This document shows, piece after piece, positions 25,424 to 38,019 of a stretch of DNA of 64,000 bases. The notes under the pieces were generated by a model. The model saw nothing but the letters and a program-made list of their open reading frames with translations, did not search any database and had not been told where the DNA came from. The translations under genes were made by a program, and so were the position numbers. The number at the start of each line of letters is the position of its first letter. Position 1 is the stretch's first letter. The stretch is from Macrostomum lignano (lineage: Eukaryota), in NCBI GenBank assembly GCA_002269645.1, contig NIVC01001530.1, forward strand, positions 62,001 through 126,000, read 5' to 3'.

Positions 25424-26870
25424 CTAATTGTGTTCGCAGCAGCTCAGAATCGGCACAAGGTAGACCTGGTTATCATCGGCCACCAGCAAGCACTTTAGGA
25501 AATCCAAACCAATTGGAACAGGAAAGTCGTCGCATCCAAAACTGTCTTCGTACTGCTGCCGTGAACAACAAAACATATTATTCTTTTTTACTGATAAAAT
25601 CGGAGAAATTCTGACAGACTGGGTCCCGTGATCAATGCTCTTGATGACTCCTACAGATTCGCTAGAATAATTCACGATGAAGCTGATGCACGTTCCTTTC
25701 CGAGCATTATCATAGGTATGGAACACCTGCATTCCATTGGAGAAAGAATTCTTACAACTTTTTTTACCATCACAATTTTTGCTTAAAATATTTAGCGGCT
25801 GGTGAAGCCTGTGCTGATGCATGAAAGGACGCAAAATAGCTTGCAAACAGAATTGGTTATCTCCCAAAAGGCTCAACCGATTTTCATTGTTTCTTCAAAA
25901 TACTAAAAATGATATACAAAAATGGCTCTTCACCACACTTTTATTATTGATTCCAATGAGTGACTAACAGACAAAACTAATGCTTACCTATTGCCAGGCA
26001 GCTTTCTTGGACACAGAACTAAAATGGAATTATATTGGATTGCCAGTTAGACTTAGTAAGCTATTACTTTTGGGATATACTTATATTCTACCAGTTTTAG
26101 TATAATCCTTAACTTGATGATTGTTAAAGAATTAAGCATTGGAGATGTGATTTATAATTCAATACAGCAGCCTGAGCAGTGATAGGCAATGACTAGTTAA
26201 TAAAAGTTATCTTGAAAAGATAATTTTTTTTAAAATAAAAAACATTAAACATTTAAACTTAAACTCAAGAAACTAACTTTCTTGATAATAAAAAAACTCC
26301 AAATTTTCAAAAAATAGCTCTTTTCTGGCTAACTTGTCCATTACTGCAAATATGGAAAGATAATAGTAGAAAAGGGACAAAGGCTAGCATAGCAAGCCTT
26401 TGTTAGCAAAATAACAAGGTGTTTATTAATATGTTGTTGACCACAAAGTCATTACCAAAAACACTATAAAAATATTTTCCAAGGTACACTATCATAAAAA
26501 TATACATAAATAATGAATACAAAGTCTAAAGTAATTTAAGTAAACAACCTAGCCCTACATTATAAGCTACCATTATATTTAAAAACTTAAGGACCAGACT
26601 AAAGACAAATGCATATATATAACCATTTTAACAACATATTAAAAATATTTGCATAACTTACCTTGGAAAACATAACATTATTGAGACAAGGCCTCACTAT
26701 AGGAATTGGTTTTGTTGTACCATAACAAAACAAACACATTTTGCTGCCTTTGCCTTTCCAAGCCAAAGTAATCCTGGCTTGCTGGTCTGCGTAGCCTTTT
26801 AGCCCTTGGACTTTGGCTTGAATGATCACCAGTTTCCATATTCTTTCTAAATTAAATAGAAAATTTGCAC
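25424..26870 (-). pseudogene. Probable spliced coding remnant inside the CMC-like element (possibly the transposase C-terminal region)
   Basis: Exon-like 26870-26661 (TTTCCAG|...ANFLFNLERIWKLV...KMCLFC...MFSK|GTAAGT) and open frame 25876-25424 ending KCLLVADDNQVYLVPILSCCEHN*; family assignment is inference only. Confidence 0.35.
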
Positions 26871-27328
26871 CTGGAAATTTAAGTTTAGACTTCAGATTAA
26901 AATATAATTATGATCAAAAAAATTATTACTGAGTTTGAAGAATATTTTATAAAGATACTCATAATCATGACTACTATTATGCATATTTCATAAGCTTAAG
27001 AACTAAGGGTAATATGCTTATAAACATGCATTTTCTATTTAAATCATGACCTCATGATTTAAAGATCTCTGGATAATCTTTATAATCCATGATCTTACTT
27101 AGCTAGCTTATGGATTAGACCAGTATACTATCTATACTATATACATAGTCTATATATAGCATTGTCTAAATAGTGTATTACTAATAATAACAGCAAACAA
27201 AATCAAACATAATATAATTATCAATGAACCATGTAGTTTAAAGTTAGAAACACTCACTTTTCAGAGTATCGCCCAGTGGCAAATATAGAGCCGCAACCAA
27301 AATTTTTTTTTCATACTTTTTAGGGTAT

Positions 27329-27794
27329 AGGACCAAGTGAGGGGGAGCTATTATCTTCCTGCATTGCTATTGCCATATTGGTTGTGATGGGTTATAGAGT
27401 TAGATAAGAGGAAATATCCTAAGATTGGTTACTAATAACTTGTAATAAGGCAAATAAGTGGCCCAAAATGGTTGCAAGTCAACCAAGGCAATTTTAACAA
27501 TACGCCTAGGCCTATCTTATAGTTCCTTTACAATTCAAATTGAATGAAAAAAAATGAGGAGCCTGGCTTATTTACCCACTTGGCCCATTTACTAGTTTCT
27601 TTCTTGTAGCCTTGTCTTATTGGCTCTCTCTATCTTACCCTTTCTCAGCATCATCCAATAACATGGCAAGCCAAATTCCTCCCCCTAGCTCCCCCAAGTA
27701 TGGCAGTCTTTGTGTGGCAGTCTTGGCAACCTCAGTGTCAATTCCATTAGCCAGTTAGAGCTGTGGCAGTCTTGGTGTATGGCAGTCTTGGTCA
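27329..27794. mobile_element. MITE copy 1 (GACCAA...TGTGGCAGTCTTGGTC family), internally inverted relative to copy 2
   Basis: 27337-27725 is the reverse complement of 35591-35920, while the outer ends are in the same orientation. Confidence 0.7.
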
Positions 27795-29028
27795 TGAGCC
27801 CTTTTTTGGTCTACAACTATAATTATGCCAGGTCTATTAAGTAGGCCTATTTTCCAATATTGGGTTGTAGTGTTTGGTATAGCTTGGCCCCTTTCTTAAA
27901 AGTTTTCTAGATCTGCACTTGGTATGGCCTTTTATAAAATAGAATAAACTAGAGTCTAAGTAAGGGAAGGGCCTATTTATTCATAGCTCAATAGGCCTAA
28001 CAGACAATATCAGTTATAGGGTGTATAGTACCATTGTCTGATTATAGAATAGGGTAGGCCTACCCATGGCCATGACCCATGAGTCATAGGAAGGGGGAAT
28101 AGGTTATGTATGGGTACCCTATGGCCTACCTGTCCCTTGGTTAGTAGAGAAGTTAATGAATAATAGGTAAATAGCTAAATAACTGGATATTATATATAAT
28201 TTATAAGTTGAAAGACCTTATTTTTTCATTCAAACAATAACATTTATACCTATGGACATGTTGTCTGATATAATTTGTCAGTTGTCATGGCTTTTTCATC
28301 ATTTTGACATTGCCATTATTATTGCATTAGCCTAAGAATGATGGAATATATGAGAGACAAGTTAGACCTAACCTCTAAACTTTAAAGGTATTCTACCTAA
28401 TTCCTAATGATCCTTACCGATTTAAAGATTAAATCTAAAGCACATTTTGGTATATATGCGAAAGATTCAATCAACTGATCCTATTTTTAGATGGACAACA
28501 AGTCAATAATTGCAGATAAGGAGAGGCACGTTTTTCATTACTTTGTTCATACCTATTTTACTAGCTAAGGTATAACAAAACATTTTTCATTGCGATAAAG
28601 TCTTTAACCGTTATTCCCTTTTATTTATTGAAAAGAAAATCTAATGTATAAAAAGTGAGTAACTTGTTTCGGCAACATATATTTAAACATATGTATGTTT
28701 AATTTCAAACCTTGTAAAGTAAGATCTGACACGAAGCAGCATATTTTGTTCCATATCTTGCATGAAAAAGCAGATATGACTGACGCAATTAATGACACTT
28801 TAAGCTTAACTGAAGCGTGTTTTTATGTTTGTTACTGTCATATTATTTCTTTCTATACATTCCTGATACTCCACACTCATTTGGATAAGAAATTTATGCA
28901 CTTATCGTGAGCAGATACTAGCCGCATCTGGTAAGATATTACAAGACATAGCAGATGCTAAGATCTGTTAAGAAATGAAAGTTAAAAACAGATCTGCTAC
29001 GCGGGTGTGAACAGATTGTCATCTAGGG

Positions 29029-30110
29029 ACTGTATCAAACATAAAAGAGTTACCATGTAGAACAAAAAAGAGCCACCATGTCGAACATTAAAGAGCCACC
29101 ATGTCAAACATTTAAGAGCCACCATGACAAACATATATGTGACTTTATATCAAACATTAAAGAGCCACCATGTCGAACATTAAAGAGCCACCATGTGTAA
29201 CATAAAAGAGCTATATCATGAAGAACATTAAAGAGCCACCATGTCGAACATTAAAGATCCACCATTTCAAACATTAAAGAGCCACCATGTCAAACATAAA
29301 AGAGCCAACATGTCCGACATTAAAGAGCCACCATGTAGAATAATAAAGAGCCACCATGAAGAACATTAAAGAGCCACCATGTCAAACATTTAGAAGCAAC
29401 CATGTCAAAGATTTAAGAGCCACCATGTCAAACATTTACGAGCCACCATGTCAAACATAAAAGAGCCACCATGTTAAACAAAAAAGGGCCACCATGTCAA
29501 ACATAGAAGAACCACCATGTCAGATATTAAAAAGAGCCACGATGTCGAACATAAAAGAGCCACCATGTCAAACATATAAGAGCCACCATGTCAAACATGT
29601 GACTTTATGTCAAACATATATGTGACTTAATGTCAAACATTAAAGAGCCACCATTTCAAACATTAAAGAGCCACCATGTCGAACTATAAAGAGCCACCAT
29701 GTCAAACATTAAAGAGCCACCATGTCAAACAGTAAGAGCCACCATGTCGAACATTAAAGAGCCGCCATGTCAAAACATAAAAGTGCCATCATGTCAAACC
29801 TAAAAGAGCCACCATGTCAAACATAAAAGAGCCACCATATCGAACATTAAAGAGCCACCATGTCAAACAGTAAAGAGTCACCATGTCGAACATTAAAGAG
29901 CCACCACGTCAAACATAAAAGAACCACCATGTCGAACATTAAAGAACCACCATGTCGAACATTAAAGAGCCACCATGTCAAAAATAGAAGAGCCACCATG
30001 TCTAACATTAAAGAGACACCATGTCTAACAGTAAAAAGCCACCATGTCGAACGTTAAAGAGCCACCAAGTCAAACATAGGAGACGCAATTTCAAACGTAA
30101 AAAGAAGCGT
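29029..30110. repeat. 21-bp minisatellite, right part of the split array
   Basis: About 50 units of AAAGAGCCACCATGTC(A/G)AACAT-type. Confidence 0.95.
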
Positions 30111-30169
30111 CATGCCAATCACAAAGGAGCCATTATAGAGCTAAGGAAATTGTTGCACTTGCTACTTAT

Positions 30170-30870
30170 TGTCCGGTGGATGCTTGCTATTTAAGGATCA
30201 ATACTTGCTATCAATTGGTTGCTTGCTATCTGGGGTGCTTGCTATCAATTGGTTGCTTCCTATCTGGGGTGCTTGCTATCTTGGGGTGCTTGCTATCAAT
30301 TGGTTGCTTGCTATCTGGGGTGCTTGCTATCTGGGAGTGCTTGCTATCTGGGGGTGCTTGCTATCTGGGGGTGCTTGCTATCTGGGGGTGCTAGCTATCT
30401 GGTGGTGCTTGCTATCTGGGGGTGCTTGCTATCTGGGGTGCTTGCTATCTGGGGTGCTTGCTATCTGGGGGTGCCTGCTATCTGGGGGTGCCTGCTATCT
30501 GGGGGATGCTTGCTATCTGGGGGATGCTTGCTATCTGGTGGTGCCTGCTATCTGGGGGTGCCTGCTATCTGGGGGATGCTTGCTATCTGGGGGATGCTTG
30601 CTATCTGGGGGATGCTTGCTATCTGGGGGATGCTTGCTATCTGGGATGCTTGCTATCTGGGGGATGCTTGCTATCTGGGGGATGCTTGCTATCTGGGGGA
30701 TGCTTGCTATTTGGGGGATGCTTGCTATCTGGGGGATGCTTGCTATCTAGGGGATGCTTGCTATCTGGGATGCTTGCTATCTGGGTGATGCTTGCTATCT
30801 GGGGGGAGCCTGCTATCTGGGGGGATGCTTGCTATCTGGGGGGAGCCTGCTATCTGGGGGGATGCTTGCT
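30170..30870. repeat. 17-18-bp minisatellite (GGGGGATGCTTGCTATCT)
   Basis: Directly visible; explains the GCLLS/MLAIW/DACYL pseudo-ORFs. Confidence 0.95.
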
Positions 30871-32179
30871 GTCTTAGGATGTTTTCTTTTCGCATTGCAC
30901 TTCATCTGAGCAGTTTTTCTATTGACTATGTGAAGGCTTTGTTTGGCCATCTTATTGATACTTGTAGAGAACAGAGATTCTATCTAGATGTCCCCCATCG
31001 GGGGGCGAAGATTGCTAGTCAATAGCTGAAAATGCCGAGTCTACCAGCAAATCAGCAGGCATTCAGTGAGCTTCCTGAACCAATTCCAACAATGCTTCCA
31101 GATGCGACACCGTCAGTGAGTAACAAATCTTATATCACTAACACTGTCACGCAATCGCAATAGACGGGTGCAAAAGGCAGCTATACATCTCTGTCTGAAG
31201 TGCCTTTTCAACCAAAGCAATTTGTTTTTCCAACCAAAACCATAAGTGGCTCATCAAGAAGCTTTCAACTATCCTGGTTTGAAAAGCACCCTTGGATGCA
31301 CTATGTTACATCGAATGATAGTGTGCAATGCTTTTCTTGCCTAACTGCTCACAAGCGAGGCTTGTTTCTGCCAGGTACAAAAGTCGAGATGGCTTTTATT
31401 GATGGCTTCTCAAACTGGAAAAAGCCAGAAAAGTTTTTGTTGCATGAAAGAAGTGAACAAAACTGATAGGCTGCGAGATTGCTCTTGGGTCAGAGAGATG
31501 CATCGATTTGTGAGCAGCTTCAGACATGCCACCATGCTCAGCAAGAGCAACACTTTGCAGCATTGCAGACAATATTTGACACTGCTGGCTTTCTGCTTTC
31601 ACAGGGTCTAGCATTCCAGGGCCATGAGTCTAGCAATGGAAATTACATCCAACTTCTACATTTGCGATCAAAGGAAATACCCGCATTGAAAAGTTGGCTT
31701 ATTCGTCGTGACAATTGGCTATCGCACGATGTGCAGAATGAGATAATATCTATTATTGCAAGCGCTGTTACAAAGGTAGTGACGACCAGTATTCAAAGAG
31801 CAAGTTTTTTTTTTCTGTTCTCGCTGATTCAACCTAGGATATTAGGTGGCTCTGAACAACTAAGCATCGTTTTCCGTGCTGTTGATGATAGCTTCACTGT
31901 TCATGACACATTTGTTGGGTTCTACTGCCTACCCGATGCAAAAGGTTCTACTATGGCCAATGCACTGATGGATGTCTATATTTGTCTGCAAATCAACCTA
32001 GGAAATTATCATGGATTTGGGTTTGATGGAGCCAGCAACATGAGTGGAGCAATTAAAGGTGCACGAGCTATTTTGCAGGAAAAGCACCCAAGTGCACTCT
32101 ATTATCATTGCGCCAACCATGCCCTAGATCTGTGCATCCAAGAGGCCTGCAAGGAGGAGCGAGTGATCTATGATGCTTT

Positions 32180-33117
32180 TAGAGATGTTCCGAAATTTCG
32201 ATTTCGATTTCGATTTTCCGAAATTCGGATTTTTTTAGAGCAAATTTCGATTTCGAAAAAATTTCGGAAGTCAAAATTTCGGAAGTGCCTACTTCCGAAA
32301 TTTTTATCTAATTTTAGTTTTTTTAGAACTTCGTTACTGTCTTTTATCGGTGATATTATACAGTTTTTACATGTAAAACTTTTTGAATTTGTTAAAACTG
32401 TTCCATGCATGTAGGACATGTAACATGGTAGTTTGTACATGTGGAACTGTAAATTTTCGTAAATTTTGTTGCACTTTAAAGCTGCAAAAGCGTCTGCTGA
32501 TATATTGCATATTTTTCGCATTTTACAGTATATATATGTACATTTACCGTACATGTACATGCATTATCGTTTACACGATCTCAGTTATTGCTAGTCATGC
32601 AGTACTGATACATGTACATTTTAACTGTACATTATATACATGTACAACTCAGTATACACCCTATACCCTACCGCCTAGACGGATAAAGGCAGAGAAATTT
32701 GTTTTGTCTAGCAGGGAAAAGGCGCGCTTTGCTGCCGTGCTTTAATACCGTCTAGTAATATATGCAATATACGCGCCTTAGTGTTTCTTTTAAAGGCACT
32801 AGTTCAAATAAATTACTTAACATATTTACAGTATATGTAGTTTTCGCGTCGAAAAAAAAATTTTGCATTTAAAAGTGGCAATGAGGGATTCTACTTATTT
32901 AGTGGCCGAAAATAAACGAACTTCTGCTAAACATACATGTATTTTGTTTTGCATGAGCAGTAAATCGAAAGTAGAAAAGTGAGTGTCGGTTGTACTAAAC
33001 TTTGTTTTTCTGAATTACGATTTCGGAAAATTTCGATTTCGATTTCGATTTCGGAAAGTAGCGAATTTCGATTTCGATTTCGATTTCGACAGAAAATTCG
33101 CTTTCGGAACATCTCTA
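32180..33117. mobile_element. Non-autonomous hAT element (938 bp) inserted in the transposase exon
   Basis: 16-bp TIR TAGAGATGTTCCGAAA/TTTCGGAACATCTCTA; 8-bp TSD GATGCTTT; subterminal (ATTTCG)n; excision restores Y-D-A-L-E-H-V-K. Confidence 0.92.
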
Positions 33118-35198
33118 GATGCTTTAGAGCATGTAAAGTGCATGGCCAACTTTATCCGCAAGTCAGGAAAAAGACTTAGCATTTATTCCGACGTTAAGGC
33201 AGCGCTGCAAGTTGAATATGACGACTTAGCTGAGTCAAATGAAAGCAGCAGCTTCTCGAAAATTCTTTTGTTTTGCCCTACTTGGTAGACAGTGCAAGTG
33301 TGTATACTCAAGTGCTGGTTGCAAAACTGGCAAATGCTCAAGCACTCCATTGAGTCAATAATTGAAGATAAGTCATTCACGCCGGATGTCCGGGCCAAAG
33401 CAAGAGGCTTGTTGAAAGACATGCAGAAGCATTGAGTCTTCTTTGGCGTTCACGCCTCTATTGCTCTCTTTAAAAGAGTAGAAAAGTTTGCGACAATGCT
33501 GCAAGGTTCCAACTCTGCAGCAATGAACATAACAATTGGTCTCGACACTTTGACTGCTCTAGTGGCTGCTATGTGAGAAGATGAGACCTATCATGCTTCC
33601 TGGAATGAATTCCAGCAAGATGCCGAACAAAAGGGAATCACGCCGAGCACTAGTAGGCCCAGAAGTTTGTCCTCTAGGATGGATAGCAATCGAAAAATGC
33701 AATACAACTTTTCGCCAGAGGAGGCACTTTGAGTGGAATTCTTTGCCGCTGTTTACAGGCTATTACAATGCATCAATGATCGGTGAGTTACAGTAGCTTG
33801 AATTAACATGTATGACCCAGTGAAAAAAATGATATGGATTCCATGTGGATTTTTCATATGAAATCCATATGTGCATTTGTCTCCGTCCATCCATGTGGAA
33901 TCAAGATATGGATTCCACATGGAAGATCCATATGGAAGTAATTATGTATTTCACATAGAATCCACATTGTCATTGAGTAAGCAGCCATTATACTGGTTGC
34001 CATAATAAATTGTTGCATCCTCAATCTCAAAATAATACCAGATCTCAAAATTTCATACGAACCCCAGATCTCAATACCATATAAAAGAAACTGAAACACA
34101 GATGAAACACTAGCTATAGCAAAAAATATTTCTGCACAAAAATTCAATATTCAATATTCAAAAACGATGTAAGGTGTATTTATGTACAGTAGTGAGTCAC
34201 TGGCACACAAAGAATAAACACACTGATGTAAATATTGATATCTTTAGAGTTGCACTGCGCATATGATATAATATATAATTTGAAATTGACATTGTCAATA
34301 GCATTAATTAATTAACAATAATATAATGCATCAGAATTAGAACAGTCAGAAACATGCTGCTGCCAATTGCCAGAATGCTGCTTCTTCAGGTCAGGTGAGC
34401 AACCTTAGAAAAGAAAGGGGTTAAATTACAGAATTTTATAACAGATTGACAGATTTTGTAATAGATTTTGATAGATTTTGATGACAGAAAAAAATCAGTT
34501 TATAACTAAAACTTACCATTGCTTCACAAAAGGTAGCATTCGAGATATTAAATTCAAATTCCAAGTAGCTTTGCAAGCTTCTTCAAATGCAAGACCAAGG
34601 TGACATCCAAGTTTGAGGATGGGCCATGTAATGTTAGGCATGAATGAAATAGAAAAATAATTGTTGCCAATTAAGATTGATAAATAGTATTGATATAATT
34701 CATAAAACTAATTTAATGATGAATACTTATAAAATAAAATAAAGTTTATTTTAAAATTAACTAGGCCTAAGTCCTAGGTTTATTTTTTAAGCGCAAAGTG
34801 TGTATATGCACCCTAAATTTTGAAATTGCACCTTGAAAATTGAAATTAAAAAGTTGATGATACAGTTTAGGTGTGATCTCATTACCTATTTTTCTGTTGA
34901 AGCCTTTTTTGCACTGCCTTTATATAAGAAAAAAGAGAAACTACATTCTAAGCCTTAAAATCATAAAACCCTAAAAGTGAGCATAGGGTATGATTTTGCA
35001 CCTTGTCTCTAGCAAAAAAGAAAACCCTACCTAAGTCAATCAATAAAATAAAATTAATAAAATTAAAATAATAAGTACAAAAAATTAATATATGTTTCTA
35101 TAAATTTAATTTTTTATTTTAAAACTGATTTTAGACTATAAAGTATTTAGGCAAAGCAATGCATGTTTTTTATATTTGCTGGCCTATTATAATTAAAA

Positions 35199-35270
35199 GG
35201 GGGGCTGTAGCCAAGCGGTAGCACAGCTGCTCTAGTGTGCTAGCGACCTAGGCTCGATTCTAAGAGTAGT
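35199..35270 (+). mobile_element. tRNA-derived SINE-head-like segment
   Basis: GGGGCTGTAGCCAAGCGGTA (A-box TAGCCAAGCGG) and a B-box-like GGCTCGATTC; no intact cloverleaf. Confidence 0.45.
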
Positions 35271-35584
35271 CACATTAATTTGGGGCTGAATTGGAATCTT
35301 GGCTTGGCTCTCTGCTTGTGCAATTAACAGCCTTGAGAGCCAACCCCCAAGGCACAGTGAAGTATACATGCCTAACAATAAATAAAGTTAGGGCCATTGT
35401 ATACTCCTGTGTAAGTGTGCCTGCATACATATCCGCATGCTTGTGTGCCTGCTCAGGGGAGTTAGTGGAATAGGCAGCAATGCCTCTCGCTAGTTGCATG
35501 CCTATGTCGCTTAAAGTGTGCCAGGGTGCATACAACCCCCTGCCTCTAATAAAAAAATAGTATGATTAGGCCTAAACGGTATAG

Positions 35585-35957
35585 GACCAAAACCGCCACA
35601 TTTGGGGGAGCTAGGAGGGAGGAATTTGGCTCGCCATGTTATTGGATGGGGCTGAGGAGGGGTAAGATGGGGAGAGCCAGCAAGACAAGGCCACGAGAGA
35701 AGAACTAGTGAGCAGGCTAGCCTGGCTAGGTAGGTGAGTGAGCCAGGCTCCTTGTTTTTTCATTTAATTTGAATCGTTAAAATTTCCCTGGTTGACTTGC
35801 AATCATTTTGGGCCACTTATTCATCTTATTAGTGACCAATCTTAGGACACTTCCTCCTTATCTAACTCCACAACCCATCATAACCAATAGCAATGCTGAA
35901 AGATTGGTAGCTTCCCCTCAATTCCAATAGTCAGTAAGAGCTGTGGCGGTCTTGGTC
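35585..35957. mobile_element. MITE copy 2 with 16-bp TIR GACCAAAACCGCCACA/TGTGGCGGTCTTGGTC
   Basis: TIRs visible; homologous to 27329-27794. Confidence 0.75.
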
Positions 35958-38019
35958 ATGCACCAGCCTAAACATTAGGCCTAATCTTAAAAGCTATGCC
36001 CTATGGCTATTAAATTCTGGACTTGGCCTAAATCAGATCAAATTTACAATAATCATTATTTATTTATAATAGCAACCTTAGGGATCTGCTAGGCTAGCTA
36101 TGCCAAAAACAGGTTGCAAGTGTAATTGCAAAGAATTATTTATAATGATTAATAATATTGTTTTTAAAAATGCAACAAGTCCAAAAGATGCTAATAGGCT
36201 TTTTTGAAGAAAATCATAAATGAATAGATTTTTAACAGATTAACTAGATTGACTAGTCACAATTCACAAAGTCAAACTAGGCCTAGTCTTAACCTTAATT
36301 AAAATAGAAGGACCTGAATTGATAGTTATAGGCCTAGCTTAAAATAGGCCTAATATTAATAAGTATACATAAATAGATAGGACTAATAGGTAGGACTAAG
36401 AGGAAATTATGAACTTCGAAAGGCCTATTTAAGTTTAAAAAATGAGTAGCCAATCTATGGACATGGCCATGGGATTCCTAGAAATTGGATAAGCCTAAAT
36501 AAATTTATCATGGATGGATTTTACCAAAACTGGCAAAAGTATTAGGCCTATCTATGATGAAATACTGATTTATCTAATTTCTAATCCCATGGAGGCCATG
36601 GCCTTATAAGTTATTGCCTATAGGCTACGTCTACTAAAATTTTTAAGGTGCTTAAATAGCCATAAACAAGGCAATTTATCTTTCAAGGCCTTGAACCATG
36701 CAAGACATTGACGAATATAAAATAAAATAAATTTAATCTTAAAAAGCACGAAACGTTTTTTATTGTTCACTTCTATTTTGTCTATTTTAACAAACAGTAT
36801 CTTATTTTCTGATTATAATTTAGCTTTAAGATATTAATTTTTACTTAAAAGCATATAAATGTAATAATTAATTATAGTAATTTCATAAAAACGTCTGAAT
36901 GTGGTGTATCACAGTTTTTTATCGAAGTGGATTCCATGTTGAATCAATATACGCTTATTTCTCATGAATTCCTTGTAAAATCCACATCAACATTAGGACA
37001 GTAAAAATTAAAAAATAATGCATAAAAAATACTTTGCATACCATTATGTCATCTTTAAGTCATTAATTTGCAAAAATTAAGGAAACATTTAAATTCCACA
37101 TGGCCACGTGGAACCCACGTGGAATCCATGAATCATTTTTCACTGGGGAGTATATAATTAGTTGCATGACAGTAGTTATATATAGTTAATCTTAGTCAGT
37201 TAAGGAGAAGCTTTTTAATGGATAGACTACGAATCAAATGTATGCCTATAGATGTACCAGATATGCTTTGAGTAATGCTGCTCAAATTTTGCTGTTGCTG
37301 ATGAGATCTATAAAATCTGAAATTTACTTTCCTAAAATTGTAACTATTCAACCAAATATTTGGTTTTAGGTTCAACCAGCCTGGAATCAGGATTGCAAGG
37401 CAGATGGAAACCCTCCTTCTACAAGCTGCAAAAGGCAATTATCCTGATCCTAATGGGGGAATTCTGGCCGATGCTAACAATTTGCAAGTCTACTCGGAAG
37501 ACTTTTGTCTTGATGACCTCAATTCTGAGCTTTGTTCATTGCTTCCAATTGTTGTACGGTAGACAGGACAACAGTAGGTCGAGAGCTTCAGCAATATTGT
37601 TGCTATTTTTCGAACGGCCAGCCTGTCAGCTTTGGAATTTGTTCCTCAATCGGTAAAGCTTCTCAAGCTAATCTTGTCTCTGCCTTATTCAGTAGCAGCA
37701 GTTAAGAGGACATTTAGTGCTCTTCATAGAATTAAGACTTGGATGCAATCAACAATGACACAACGTCAACTCTCTGATGTATCAGTAAGTCACATGCATA
37801 GAGATGTTGTAAAGGGCTTGGATTTTCTGGCTCTTTCCCGGACCTTCGCTGATCGTACATCTGAGCGCCGCGCCGTCTTTGGAGTGCAAGCCAAAGCGCA
37901 AAAGCAATTATAAACACACAAGTTGTTGCTATAGTTACATCTGATTGAATGCACTGTTTGCATCATAAAAGTAATATCTTAACTTTTTATTTATACTAAT
38001 TCTGCTTTTCTAAATCAGC

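Larger units (their letters stand above)
23546..29028. mobile_element. 5.5-kb CMC/EnSpm-like DNA transposon
   Basis: Perfect 12-bp TIR CCCTAGATGACA/TGTCATCTAGGG, 2-bp TSD AC on both sides, subterminal AGATCT repeats at both ends; superfamily inferred from CCC termini plus 2-bp TSD. Confidence 0.8.
22511..31018 (+). mobile_element. Non-autonomous Helitron inserted in the hAT transposase coding region
   Basis: 5' A|TCCCATATACTAAAAATGAAATGTCTG...GGCTCAACCGATTTTC (typical HelitronN start); 3' GC hairpin GTCCCCCATCGGGGGGC (30990-31006), 8 nt, then CTAG|T; no TSD; removing it rejoins the transposase frame (...ALA|SIAENAES...). Confidence 0.75.
33816..37147. mobile_element. 3.3-kb CMC/EnSpm-like non-autonomous element inside the hAT transposase intron
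   Basis: TIR CCCAGTGAAAAA..GAT..ATGGATTCCA(T/C)GTGG at both ends; 2-bp TSD GA; subterminal GGATTCCA repeats. Confidence 0.8.
22337..37913 (+). pseudogene. hAT transposase pseudogene in four pieces: 22337-22510, 31019-32179, 33118-33782, 37370-37913
   Basis: N-terminus MSNPLPSKRFKQTRLFF; TTF-type finger RSFQLSWFEKHPWMHY...CFSC...GFSNWKK; DUF4371 LAFQGHE...WLSHDVQNEII; FDGASNMSG and HCANHALDL; CPTW*; INDR|FNQPG across an intron; hATC domain LILSLPYSVAAVKRTFSALHRIKTWMQSTM; many in-frame stops. Confidence 0.92.

Noticed and set aside
23110-30110. CRISPR-like arrays
   Set aside because: All arrays are head-to-tail units without unique spacers; no cas genes; eukaryotic context
30169-31025. GCLLS/MLAIW/DACYL ORFs
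   Set aside because: Translations of the 17-18-bp minisatellite
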